Assembly (NCBI GenBank): GCA_018818425.1
Contig: JAHISB010000026.1
Coordinates: forward strand, 525 to 64,524
Reading direction: 5' to 3'
DNA: 64,000 nt
Origin: Patescibacteria group bacterium
GTDB taxonomy: Bacteria > Patescibacteriota > Patescibacteriia > UBA1558 > UBA10009
Part shown: positions 38,213 to 48,800 of the stretch, piece after piece
Numbering within the stretch: the stretch's first letter is position 1
Layout of the letters: every line of letters starts with the position of its first letter
Program-made: the position numbers and the translations under genes
The notes under the pieces: generated by a model
The model's database searches: none
Told to the model about the DNA's origin: nothing
Seen by the model: only the letters and a program-made list of their open reading frames with translations

Positions 38213-38902
38213 TCACCACCCCTTGGCTTCCAAACCATTCTCGGCCGCTTTCATCTGCGCTTCCTGCTTGGAAGTGCCCTCGCCTTCGGCTACTAGTTCA
38301 TCATTTAAATAAATTCCCACCCTAAAATACCTATTATGGTCGGGCCCCGATTCATCCAATACTTTATAAATCGGCGTAACGCTGTAAAGCTCCTGGGCTT
38401 TTTCCTGAAACTTGCTTTTAGGGTCTGTATACAAATGATTTTCCAAAATATGGGGCAGCTTGACCAGAATATTATTGGTAATAAACTCTTTGGTCTGTTC
38501 CAGGCCGCTGTCTAAATAAATAGCGCCGATTACCGCTTCTAAAGCATTGGCCAAAATATAATTTCGGGCTTTGGGATTGCTGTCCTGCTTTTCGCCCTTG
38601 CTCATTTTTAAACAGGATTCGATATCCAAGCTGCGAGCAATATCAGCCAGCATTTTTGAATTAACCAAACTGGCCCGCCAGTTGGTCAGCTCGCCTTCCG
38701 GATTAGGGTAGTTCCGATATAAATATTCGGTGGTAATTATTTCTAAAACGGCATCGCCTAAAAACTCCAGCCGTTCGTTATGGTCAAGAGGAAAGTCTTT
38801 ATGTTCATTTAAATAAGAACGGTGAACCACCGCTGATTTTAATAGATCTAAATTTTTAAATTTTACTCCTAGTTTTTTTTGCAGATCGTTGTAATCTTCC
38901 AT
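38213..38902 (-). CDS. rnc: ribonuclease III
   Basis: NERLEFLGDAVL, EAVIGAIYLD, dsRBD. Confidence 0.97.
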   Translation of the reverse strand: MEDYNDLQKKLGVKFKNLDLLKSAVVHRSYLNEHKDFPLDHNERLEFLGDAVLEIITTEYLYRNYPNPEGELTNWRASLVNSKMLADIARSLDIESCLKMSKGEKQDSNPKARNYILANALEAVIGAIYLDSGLEQTKEFITNNILVKLPHILENHLYTDPKSKFQEKAQELYSVTPIYKVLDESGPDHNRYFRVGIYLNDELVAEGEGTSKQEAQMKAAENGLEAKGW

Positions 38903-38988
38903 AAAGTTGGTAAGTTGGATAAGTTTAATAAGTTAATATGTCTTCAATAAATAACTTATCCGACTTATTAACTTAAAACTTATTCAAC

Positions 38989-39852
38989 TTAATTAATATT
39001 TAATTTCTTAAGCGCTGCTTGAAAAATCTCTTTAGCGTTCTCGTAGTCAATCATTTCTAAGGCCCGGTCTTTAGTTACCCATTGGGCGTCTTTAATTTCC
39101 GGTTCGTCGGTTATGGTTAAATCGGCATCGGTTGTTTCGATTAAATAATAATGAACGGTTTTAGGCACCGGGCGCTTATTGGGTTCATTAACCTTAATAT
39201 CGATACTGCCTAAATAACCTTTATTTTGAGTATTGGTTATGCCCACCTCTTCGCAAATTTCACGCTGGGCCGCTTTTTCTTTATCCTCGTTATCTTCGAT
39301 ATGGCCTTTGGGGAAAGTCCATTTATCATAAGCGTCCAAGACTAAAACAAATTTGACCTTATCGCCTTCTATCCGATAAACCACTCCGCCGGCCGAATAT
39401 TCCCGAGGCGGTTCTGTTTCAAACTCCTTTTTTTCGCCGCCTTCCTGCATCTCTTTAAAAACACTGCCCAAAACTCCATTAACAAACTTGCCCGACGACT
39501 CTCCGCCATAAGTTTTAGCCAGTTCAATAGCTTCGTTAATGGCTACTTTGGGCGGAATATCATCAGCTATTTTTAATTCATAAATACCCGTTCTTAAAAC
39601 ATTTCTGTCGACAATGGTAATTTGTTCAATGGGCCATTCGGGAGCATATTTTTTTATTAAGCCATCTATCTCTTTAATATTTTCGGTTACTTTAGTTAAA
39701 AGATGTTCGGAAAATCCCTGGTCATCAAAATCAGGAGCAAATTCCTTTCTGTTATTCTCCAAAATTTTATGGATATTTTCAGATTGCTGGTTAAAATCCC
39801 ATTGAAATAAGCTTTGAAGAACTAAAGTTCTGGCTAAATGTCTGTTAGACAT
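38989..39852 (-). CDS. nusB: NusB fused to a C-terminal NUDIX hydrolase
   Basis: VDRNVLR, AINEAIELAK, FVNGVLG; SAGGVV, WTFPKGHIE...AAQREICEEVG. Confidence 0.9.
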   Translation of the reverse strand: MSNRHLARTLVLQSLFQWDFNQQSENIHKILENNRKEFAPDFDDQGFSEHLLTKVTENIKEIDGLIKKYAPEWPIEQITIVDRNVLRTGIYELKIADDIPPKVAINEAIELAKTYGGESSGKFVNGVLGSVFKEMQEGGEKKEFETEPPREYSAGGVVYRIEGDKVKFVLVLDAYDKWTFPKGHIEDNEDKEKAAQREICEEVGITNTQNKGYLGSIDIKVNEPNKRPVPKTVHYYLIETTDADLTITDEPEIKDAQWVTKDRALEMIDYENAKEIFQAALKKLNIN

Positions 39853-39967
39853 AAATTTTGAATTTCTAATTTTGAATTTCGATTTAATTTTTACTTATTT
39901 AATTTTGAAGCTGTTTCGAAATTCGGTTTTCAAAATTTATTCGAAATTCAAAATTCAAAATTAATTC

Positions 39968-40186
39968 CTATTTTTCTTTTTTTTCTTTCTTTGCTTTTTT
40001 ATCTAAACTGGACTTTATCTTTATCACCTCGCGCCCCTTGTAATAACCGCAAAACCGGCAGGCTCTGTGAGCCAGGATCGGCTTTTGGCATTTAGGGCAT
40101 TTGTTTAGGCTAGATTTTTTTAAAGCAAAATGCGAAGCTCTCCTTTTTTTAGAAGATTTTGTTCTTTTTTGCGAAGGAAGTCCCAT
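39968..40186 (-). CDS. rpmF: 50S ribosomal protein L32
   Basis: RRASH, CPKC...HRACRFCGYYKG. Confidence 0.93.
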   Translation of the reverse strand: MGLPSQKRTKSSKKRRASHFALKKSSLNKCPKCQKPILAHRACRFCGYYKGREVIKIKSSLDKKAKKEKKEK

Positions 40187-40413
40187 ATAATTAGGAGGTT
40201 AGAATGTTAGGAGATTAGGAGCGTAGGAGATTTGAAGTTCACTAATAATATTGAATATCGTTTCTCCTATCCTCCTGAACTCCTAATATCCGGCTTTATA
40301 AAATTTAATGGTAGTTTAATTGATTTTAATAATTCTGTCAATGAATCCTGTTGCTTTATTTATTAAAATTTGGCTAATATTAGCTAAAATATATCTATTA
40401 AGGTTTAAAAAAC

Positions 40414-40441
40414 TTGACAATCCCCTATTTTTTGCTATACT
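40414..40441 (+). promoter_or_regulatory. near-consensus sigma70 promoter upstream of the IS30 insertion site
   Basis: TTGACA-16-TATACT with extended TG. Confidence 0.7.
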
Positions 40442-40463
40442 AACTTGTTCTGGGTGAACCTAC

Positions 40464-41520
40464 ATTTTACCCTTTACCCTCAAGCGCAACACTTGGTAAT
40501 TTAGTTGATTTAGTATAAAGCTCATTAAAAACTTCTTTTGGCGTTTTATACCCAAGTTTTTTTCTAGGCGTATTATTCATCATTTCAATAATAGCAGAAA
40601 TTTGTTCCTGTGAGTAATTAGCGAGCGAAGCTCGCTTGGGAATAAAGCGCCGCAGGCGGCCAAAAGTATTTTCAATAATCGGTTTTTCCCATGAGGAATA
40701 CGGATGGCAGAAAAAGGTTTCAACATTTAGTTTTTCATACTTAGCGTTTTCCACGCCATTATCAAGTGTCATTGATTTAACTATTTTCTGATGCGGACTC
40801 AAAACATCTTTCAGTCCGTCCATAGAATATTTCAATCTGGCTGCCTTGAGCCCCGGTAGAAAAAGGGATTTCCGCTCTACTGCTCCAACGAATGTCTCCT
40901 GCTCGTATTTCGGTCGTCCCAGAGTATCGCCTTCAAAATCGCCAAAACGTTTCTGCTCGGCGACTATATCAGGGCGAAAATCAATAAATACGCGGTTAGG
41001 AATGATAGTTTTAGCAATTTTGATTGTTTGTCTCTTCTTTGGATGATAACGTTGATGCGGCAGATATTTACATAAATACTGACCACGGCTGGAATAGCAG
41101 AATTTATAAACGCTTTTAGCCGAGATAACAGCTTGGCCGTTATTAAGATAAGCGATGCGGCCGGCAACTTCCTCCGGCGACCAATTAGCCATCAATCCGA
41201 CAGCCACTTTAATTTCCAGGTTCGGATTATCGACAATTTTCATTCCCTGGTATTTTGACATTCTGCGTTTCAATCGAGCCTTGGTTTGCGCTTTGCGCGG
41301 GTCATAGGCGTCCCTCGCGCTATTAGTCTTGATTTCTCTGCTTACCGAAGAGTGGTTCTTCCCAATAGCTCTTGCTATATCCCGATGGGAATAACCTTTC
41401 TTCAGTAGGATGGAGATTTCATCTCGATCCGACTGTTTGAAGTGTTGATAACTCATAGTATTTTATTAATTGGTTTTGCCAATTATACTATACCTGAGTG
41501 TTGCACTTCAAAGGTAAATT
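40464..41520 (-). mobile_element. IS30 family insertion sequence
   Basis: imperfect ~23-bp IRs (left one has a 6-nt internal duplication); TAC target duplication at 40461-40463 and 41521-41523. Confidence 0.85.
40467..41456 (-). CDS. IS30 family transposase
   Basis: HTH, WSPE, GDFEGDT, TLDNGVE, PYSSWEK, NNTPRKKLGYKTP. Confidence 0.95.
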   Translation of the reverse strand: MSYQHFKQSDRDEISILLKKGYSHRDIARAIGKNHSSVSREIKTNSARDAYDPRKAQTKARLKRRMSKYQGMKIVDNPNLEIKVAVGLMANWSPEEVAGRIAYLNNGQAVISAKSVYKFCYSSRGQYLCKYLPHQRYHPKKRQTIKIAKTIIPNRVFIDFRPDIVAEQKRFGDFEGDTLGRPKYEQETFVGAVERKSLFLPGLKAARLKYSMDGLKDVLSPHQKIVKSMTLDNGVENAKYEKLNVETFFCHPYSSWEKPIIENTFGRLRRFIPKRASLANYSQEQISAIIEMMNNTPRKKLGYKTPKEVFNELYTKSTKLPSVALEGKG

Positions 41521-41580
41521 TACGGAATCCAGCATTTTTATAAAAGATATTAGACCCGGCGCCATAAACTGGCGCTAAAT

Positions 41581-41723
41581 AAAGATGCTATTTTGGTTCT
41601 GCGTCCACGACAAGCATGGGGATTATTACCAGCGCTTTTTATCCGGCTAGACAGCTCGTCTGACTTGCTCGATACGTGCTAGTAATAATTTTCTTGGACG
41701 CAGTACCAGCATAGTGTCTTTTT
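41581..41723 (+). ncRNA. candidate rod-shaped ncRNA (6S-like or unknown)
   Basis: continuous long-range pairing; G-U pairs favour the + strand. Confidence 0.5.
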
Positions 41724-41749
41724 AAATTTCCAAATGTTTGATATTTGTT

Positions 41750-42075
41750 TATTTCGCTGATAATCGCCGAGATGCGCTGAGGTACGCGGATATTCGCTCG
41801 CCTCGAGCGAAGTCGAGAGGCGAAGCGGGCTGATAATCGCTGAAAAGTTGAATAATCCATTCATCAGCGTATATCCGCGCGTATCCGCCAATGGTCAGCG
41901 CTTCTCCGCGTCTATCTGCGATTTTTTATTTTGGAATTTGTAATTTATTTGTTATTTGGAATTTGGAATTTGTTTGTAACTTGTGGGTTGCCGTGCCTGC
42001 TCATTCGAGTCTGAACCTGAGGGCTCATCCCTCAGAGTCGAAGACCGGCAGGCAGGTATCTTGTATCTTATTTTA
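41750..42075. repeat. composite array: ATCCGCG units, REP hairpins and an AAATTCC-family arm
   Basis: 41925-41985 is a reverse-complement homolog of 14141-14183. Confidence 0.7.
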
Positions 42076-42083
42076 TTGATATT

Positions 42084-43928
42084 TTACTCCTCAATAACCT
42101 CTCCGGTAGAAGTGGCCGTCTCCGGTTCTTTGCCGACAAGACATCTGGCCGGCCAGGGCACATAATGGCTGGTGAATCTTTCTTCTTTTATCTCGCCGCC
42201 GGGATAAGTAACCTTATAATCAAAATAGGCATCGGCGCCGGCATGGGCCGATTCAATGCAGTTTTTTTCGCCGGGCTCAAGCTCGGTGGTTTCGATATAT
42301 TGCGTTGGTCCGGAACCGGTAATGTTATAGATGACCGAATCGGACTGCTCAATAAGGCGGCCGTCTTTGGTGCCCCAAAAATCAAAATATAAATCATTGC
42401 CCTCAATTCTGGATTGAATTAAAATATGGTAAGGCGTATCGTTAACAAATTTTAAATCCGGCCTGGGGTCGTAAATAGTGGCATCTTTGCCGGCCGGCTC
42501 ATAATAACTAACGCGATAAGAATGGGGGCGGCGTTCGGTAATGGGCAGGCCGGCAGCCAGAGCGGTTCTAAAAATAGTGGTGCCGATCTGGCATAAGCCG
42601 CCGCCGTATTCCGGAACGGTCCTGTCGCCCTTAATTACCAGTTCCGGCTTGTAGCCGGTAGCCGCGTTAATTGCTCCCAGGGCCTTAATTAAAGAAAATT
42701 CTTCGTTGGGCTTAATTAAAATTCCATTTAAACTATCGGCGCCTATGGTGATATTGTGCTTCCTGTTTGAGGGACTGCCGCCAAAATCCGAATAACCTGT
42801 GCCGAGTATTTCGGCGATGCCTACATCGTTAATACTGCCTGTGGCCACCGCGGCCTTGATCTCGTTGACCACTAATTCAATCTCTAAATTATCATTTTTA
42901 AAAAGCTCTTCCTCTGTTTTAATTATGGATTTTTCGATGTCTAATTCTAAGCCATCATGGCTGCCCTGAAATTCAGTCACTCGGCCATTTTTAATCTCGA
43001 ACTTAGCGTCCGCCACCGGCTGATTAATAGCCAAAGCAATCTCTTGAGTTAAATACTTGGCCGTAGTTGAAGGCTCCAGCCCTAAAATAACCTGCCCGTT
43101 TTCCTTTTTAAGCATTAACCAGTCTTTAAAAACCTGCCGGCCGACCTGCCAATTTTTATCTTGATAAACAAAAGTGATGGCAGGATTAGTTACAAAGTCT
43201 TGTATCTCTGTTGACAAGGATTCGGTAATATCTGCCTGTTTGATGGCCGGCTCATCGAGGATTAAATCTATAACCAGAGGCTGCTTAATAAGCTGGCTGA
43301 TTTGCTCTAAAGTTTTAGTTAAAATTAACTGGTAGTTAAAACTGGTGCCCGAATTTTCCGGCAGAATTTCTAAATTAAAATCTTCATCAAAGCGCAAGCT
43401 GGCTTCGGCCTTGGGAGCGATATATTCCGCTAATTTATCCTGAAGAATCTCTAAAAATTCCTCCTGGTAAAATTCATACTTTAAAGGAAGGCTGATGCCG
43501 AAAATCAGGGCTTTCATCTGTTCTAAAAAATTTTCATAATAGCCCTGGCCCCGGCCTAAATTATAAGCATGGACAACCGCTTCCGCTACTTTAAAATCAA
43601 TCAGGCGGATAGACAAATCGGGATCGGCCGCAGCCGGTAAAATTAAAGGGATGTTGATCTCCTCGTCATGAAATTTATAAGTAATGCCTTTCTGTAAAAA
43701 ATCATCTACCGCCTGCTGAAATTTATTAATAGATTGATGGGTGTTGAGATTTTTTAAAGAATAGTTGATAACTTTTACACCCGGGAAAAAGCGATCTTCA
43801 AAAAAATTATTATAGGCCGCAACAAAAAGTCCTAAAATAGTCAGAAAAAATAAAAAAATGGTTACCATAATTAGCAACCACTTCATGGTTTTGGGCGCAT
43901 AATTACTCTGGCTGGTCTTTAGAAACAT
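42084..43928 (-). CDS. VanW family protein with peptidoglycan-binding region
   Basis: RKHNI, GGGLCQIGTT, ERRPHSY, DATIY, DLKFVNDT. Confidence 0.88.
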   Translation of the reverse strand: MFLKTSQSNYAPKTMKWLLIMVTIFLFFLTILGLFVAAYNNFFEDRFFPGVKVINYSLKNLNTHQSINKFQQAVDDFLQKGITYKFHDEEINIPLILPAAADPDLSIRLIDFKVAEAVVHAYNLGRGQGYYENFLEQMKALIFGISLPLKYEFYQEEFLEILQDKLAEYIAPKAEASLRFDEDFNLEILPENSGTSFNYQLILTKTLEQISQLIKQPLVIDLILDEPAIKQADITESLSTEIQDFVTNPAITFVYQDKNWQVGRQVFKDWLMLKKENGQVILGLEPSTTAKYLTQEIALAINQPVADAKFEIKNGRVTEFQGSHDGLELDIEKSIIKTEEELFKNDNLEIELVVNEIKAAVATGSINDVGIAEILGTGYSDFGGSPSNRKHNITIGADSLNGILIKPNEEFSLIKALGAINAATGYKPELVIKGDRTVPEYGGGLCQIGTTIFRTALAAGLPITERRPHSYRVSYYEPAGKDATIYDPRPDLKFVNDTPYHILIQSRIEGNDLYFDFWGTKDGRLIEQSDSVIYNITGSGPTQYIETTELEPGEKNCIESAHAGADAYFDYKVTYPGGEIKEERFTSHYVPWPARCLVGKEPETATSTGEVIEE

Positions 43929-44148
43929 TTAAAATATCATTTAACATGGCGGTGGCTGGCTGGTCAGTTTTCTGCTCTGCCTCTTCGGCCAAATCAAGAG
44001 AAACGGTAAATTGAACTTTAACGCCTTTAGCTGCCTTTGGAGTTAAATTTTTAGCGGGCCAAAGAACTTCGGTATTATCATCGAGCCTAATAACAGCCAC
44101 TTCCCCCTCTATCCTCTCCACTCTGCCTTTATAAATCTCCGGCTTCAT
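43903..44148 (-). CDS. DUF3006-like small protein
   Basis: VERIEGEVAVI, VLWP. Confidence 0.65.
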   Translation of the reverse strand: MKPEIYKGRVERIEGEVAVIRLDDNTEVLWPAKNLTPKAAKGVKVQFTVSLDLAEEAEQKTDQPATAMLNDILNVSKDQPE

Positions 44149-44167
44149 AAATAATTTTTAAAAATAA

Positions 44168-44686
44168 CTATTTATTTTCATCTTTAACTTTAATGGAAAC
44201 TGATTTAGATTTTTTGGCTTTAGGCAGGCGGATAGTAAGGACGCCGTTTTTTAAGTTAGCTTCCACTTTATCGGCTATAATTTCTGTAGGCAGGATAATA
44301 GACCTGGAAAAACCGCCCCAGTAGCATTCCTGGTAAAAATAATCATCCTCTAAAACTTCTTCTTCCACCTGTCTTTTGCCGCGGACGGTTACCATATCGT
44401 TATTAATGGAAATATCAATATCCTCGGGCTTAACGCCGGCAATGGTTGATTTAATAACAATAGCGTCTTTAGTCTGGAAAACATCAACCGAAAGCTGTCC
44501 TTCTTCGTAATCTTCGTCCAGCCACTCTTCGTCGAGCTTGGCTTCGTTATCCTGCGATTCACCGACCTGGGCAGCCACTTTTTTTTCTTGAGAACTTTCA
44601 TCATCTAGAAAAAAGTCCTCGTTATTATCAGCTTCGCTGTTTTGAGAATCCGCGTCTTTGCTTTTTTTTCTAAAAATTTTCATCAT
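44168..44686 (-). CDS. small heat-shock protein Hsp20
   Basis: GQLSVDVFQ, ECYWGGFSRSIILP, NGVLTIRLPK. Confidence 0.92.
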   Translation of the reverse strand: MMKIFRKKSKDADSQNSEADNNEDFFLDDESSQEKKVAAQVGESQDNEAKLDEEWLDEDYEEGQLSVDVFQTKDAIVIKSTIAGVKPEDIDISINNDMVTVRGKRQVEEEVLEDDYFYQECYWGGFSRSIILPTEIIADKVEANLKNGVLTIRLPKAKKSKSVSIKVKDENK

Positions 44687-45047
44687 ATAATTTAAAGTTA
44701 TTACTTGCTTAAGTGTTTGTTATTATACTAAATTTTTCCTGTTTTTACAAGTTAATTTGTTGATAAGTGAAAAATGATGATCTGCGACCCCTGCCTGCCG
44801 GTCTTCGACTCTGTGGTATGAGCCCTTAGGTTCAGACGGATGAGTAGCAGATATAATCCATTTCTATAACACAAAAACAGCTCCTTTTTACAGAAGATGT
44901 TTTGGATATTAAAAAATTAGTTAGTATTTGGAAATTAGAAATTGAGATTTGGAAATTCCCCCGAAGGGACGTGGGGTGGCTATTCGAAATGGTTGGGAAA
45001 CTATAGCTACTATACTTATTTTACTTAAAATGCAAATAAATTATTAT

Positions 45048-45833
45048 TTAGTCCAAATTATTAGTGCCTTCTCTTTGTTTTATTAAATGATCAATTTCTC
45101 TTTCTTGCTCATTTATATTATCGATAAAATTTCCGTTATCACTTCTTTTATACTTGAAGAGATTTTTGGCAATTTTTATTAAACTTAAAGCGTTTTTTAA
45201 ATCTTCTATTGTATCTTTATCTCTAAGTAGTAAGGCTGTTGTATAAAGATTGATCCATCCTTGACCTAAAATTTTATCGGAATATTCTTTAATAACATCT
45301 TTTGCATAAATGTACATTGGTAAATCAGCTGTCATTTTATCTTCTAATTTTAAAAAGTCCCTTGGCTCTATAATAGTAGCTGACCCTTTTATATACTGGC
45401 ATCTGACATAATCTATTATTAAATCTCTAAAAAAATCATACCTGTACCAAGGTTTATATCTCTCTGAAAGATGTTTTTTTTCGTTGTGAAGCTGAGGTGT
45501 GTATCTTTTATACTTCAATTCACTTAAATCCTCTAAATGAATTGGCTTATCTTTAAGCCAAAAAAGATATACTGGAATTGGAGATCCTTCCCAATATTTT
45601 ATTGTACTCTTTTTAAGATGAGGTTCGTTTTGTGTATATTTTACCTGGACATAAAAAAGTAAATTTGTAGGATACTGATCTCTTATAAGTTCACAAATAA
45701 AATCATTTCCTATATCCATACTTCCATCTATTTTATGTACCAAACAAAATTCCGATAAAAGATATTGGACAAAAGATTCGCCAATATTTCCTTTTCTTTT
45801 TGAATCAATATATTTAGGAAGGTCTTTTTTCAT
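45048..45833 (-). CDS. DUF4365-like PD-(D/E)XK nuclease
   Basis: KGNIGE, DIGND, VQVK. Confidence 0.7.
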   Translation of the reverse strand: MKKDLPKYIDSKRKGNIGESFVQYLLSEFCLVHKIDGSMDIGNDFICELIRDQYPTNLLFYVQVKYTQNEPHLKKSTIKYWEGSPIPVYLFWLKDKPIHLEDLSELKYKRYTPQLHNEKKHLSERYKPWYRYDFFRDLIIDYVRCQYIKGSATIIEPRDFLKLEDKMTADLPMYIYAKDVIKEYSDKILGQGWINLYTTALLLRDKDTIEDLKNALSLIKIAKNLFKYKRSDNGNFIDNINEQEREIDHLIKQREGTNNLD

Positions 45834-45894
45834 AAACTTATTTAGAGTCGGGCAGAGTGTATTTATATACCTAATCTGTGCTTATAGATATTTA

Positions 45895-48800
45895 TTATTC
45901 AAGATAAAGAGTATAGCCACTTTCTCGTAACTTTCCATCCTTAATCAGTTTTTCAATAGTTGTACTTATAATTTTAGTGTCCTCTGACCAATTCCTGTTT
46001 AAACTGAATAATCCCATAACAGCTTTAGGCAGGTGTTCTTTAGCAAAACCAAATTGGTCTTCTACGAGATATAATACCGAATTAGCAATCTCATAAGGTG
46101 AGATTTGCTCAAGGCTTCTTTGGACTTCATCCGTGGGCAATCGAAAGTCATCGGCTTCAAGACCATTAGCATATAGAAACCCTTTTTGTGTGTATATTTT
46201 ACGACCTCGCGATAACAGTTGGACTGCATTTTTTACATTACTTTTAATGTTTGAACCTGCTTTCATTACTCCACATATTTCCTTGAGGCGATTTATTAAA
46301 AGTGACTCATAAATTGGAGACTCGATCTGGACAATTTTAAAAATTAAATTAGCGAGATTTAGCTGTTGAGATTTATTTAATAGATATTTTGTGTTTGATT
46401 TTCTTGATTGTTCATACTTAATATATGGTTTACCCGAGGAGTATTGTTTATTTGGTGATAGTTCTTTTGAGTTGATTGAATCGAACGAATTATTTATATT
46501 ATCTTGCTCTTTTCGTTGAGAGGTCTTTAAGGGGGGTGCCTGAATTGATTCTATACTGGGTGATTTAAGGGCGTTATTTGCACTTTTAATTATGTTATTC
46601 AGCGTATCTTCTCTATTACGAAACCAATCGGTTGACCATACCCTATGTATTTTCCAGCCCTGGTTTTTAAGTACCTGCTCCCGTATTATATCCCTGTCTC
46701 TAGCCGTTCTAGCGCTATGATAGGTGGCTCCGTCACATTCAATACCTAATAAATAACGATCTTTGTCTCGTGTATCTCTAATTGCTAAATCGATACGATA
46801 ACCACTCGATCCAATCTGCTCATCTACAATGTATCCTCTATCTTTTAAAGCTACGGCTACTCCATCCTCAAAGTCATTTGTTTCGTAGTCTGATAATGTA
46901 ACTGGTTCGGCAGGAATGTTCGCATCACGCTCCGAATACTCTATATAGTTTTTTAACATTATGGCGCCCTTATTTCCCGGGTTGACTCCAGCCAGTTCAC
47001 GACTTTGCATACTTGTAACTAATATCGTTTGCCATTTAGCTCTAGTGACTAGAACATTTAATCTGCGCCAACCACCCTCTTTGTTTAAAGGGCCAAAATT
47101 GAAGCTTAGAGCGCCTTCCGGTGTTTTCGCGTATCCAATACTAATAATTATAGTATCTCGTTCATCACCTTGAACATTTTCAAGCGACTTTACAAAGAAA
47201 GGTTCTGCTTTATTTTTATCAAATAGTGGCGTAAGTGTAGGTTTTGCCGAAAGTAAGTCGTCTAAAGCATATTCGATAGCCTCTTTTTGCGAAGCATTCA
47301 TTGCAGCTATGCCAATTGATCTGTCAGGGAATTCATCTAATTGTTGAATAACAGTCTCTGCCACTTTTTTTGCCTCAACTTTATTTGTACGACTTTTACC
47401 TCTATCCCAAGTACCTTCTGGTGTATATATCAAATGAATACCACGACCCTTGCTTGAAGTTGTTGCAGAAGGAAAGGTAATTAAGTGGTTATCATAGAAA
47501 TAGTGATTAGAAAACTTAATTAAACGTTCATCTTTACTTCGATAGTGCCATACAATTTTTGACTCTTCAAAAATGGGTCTGACCGCGACACAATTATCGA
47601 GCAGTGATTCAAGAGGTTCATAATCATCGTAATCATCACTTTCCTCTTCTTCAAGAAAAATTGAGGAAGCCTTAAAAAACGATGTCGGAGGTAATTGTTT
47701 TTCGTCTCCTGCTACCACTACCTGTTTCGCTCGTAATATTGATGGTATTGCCTCCGCGGTCGGTAATTGTGATGCTTCATCGAAGACAACCAAGTCAAAA
47801 TTAATTGATCCCGGTTTAAGAAATGTTGAAACAGATAGTGGACTCATAAGCATACAGGGTTTTAACGCCTGTAACACTCTTGGAATTTCTGCAAATAGTT
47901 TGCGAAGAGGCTTAAAACTTTTCTTTTTTTGTAGTTCTTTTTGAAGTATTCCAATTTCGCTGTGGTTTCCAGTCGTTGAACGCGCAGTTACAACTCCGCT
48001 CGCGGGGTCAGCAGCACCAGATTGTATATTCCTTAATCTTGATTTACCAATCTCTTCTTGAAGATCTTTAAATCTAGCTATTTGTTCTTCTCGTAAGCTC
48101 CCAGCAAACTCTTTTAAGCCAGGATTTTGATCCATAATTACTTCTACCCATCGCGAATAAAACTTTTTTTCAAAGATTATTGAAGCATTTGACGAACTCA
48201 CAGAGTTGAGTGAATTTAACAGTTCACCTAAATCAGAATCTTTACATTTTGAAATTGTCGCCTGTAAGACTTCCCACTCGTGTAATTTATTAAATGAGGA
48301 GAGTATTTCTTTAATTCTAGTAATTACCTTGATTATCGTGGTATTGAATAACGGTTGCTTATTATCAGTGAAACCATCTGGCCAATGTTTTTCTATATCT
48401 TTTATAATTGAAATTAATTCTACGTCTTGAATCATTTGAGATAAGAAAAACAGCGACTTTCTTATATTGTCATCAAGTATTTGATTTTCCTTGGGTTCGT
48501 TTATGATATTTTGTAGTATGGCCTCTTTAAGTTTGATGGCGGCCTTGTATTCAATTATTTGTAGCTTTAGATCCGTTGGCTCTATTGATCTTGTAGAATA
48601 GGTATGTAAATTATTATTGTTGTTCACTAACCATTTGTCTATTCCGATAATATCTTCACAAATTTTACTATAGTTTAATAATGATGAGTAAGTTATTTTG
48701 ATTCCCGGTTTTAGACTTGTTCGAAGCGAAGAGTGCCAACGCCAATAGCTAGGTTTAAAAAACCTTGTCCATAATGAGAATTCTGATTTTAAAGATTCAA

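Noticed and set aside
41639-42165. Short ORFs of 60-73 aa between IS30 and vanW
   Set aside because: They are translations of repeats and the RNA rod, with no coding signal.
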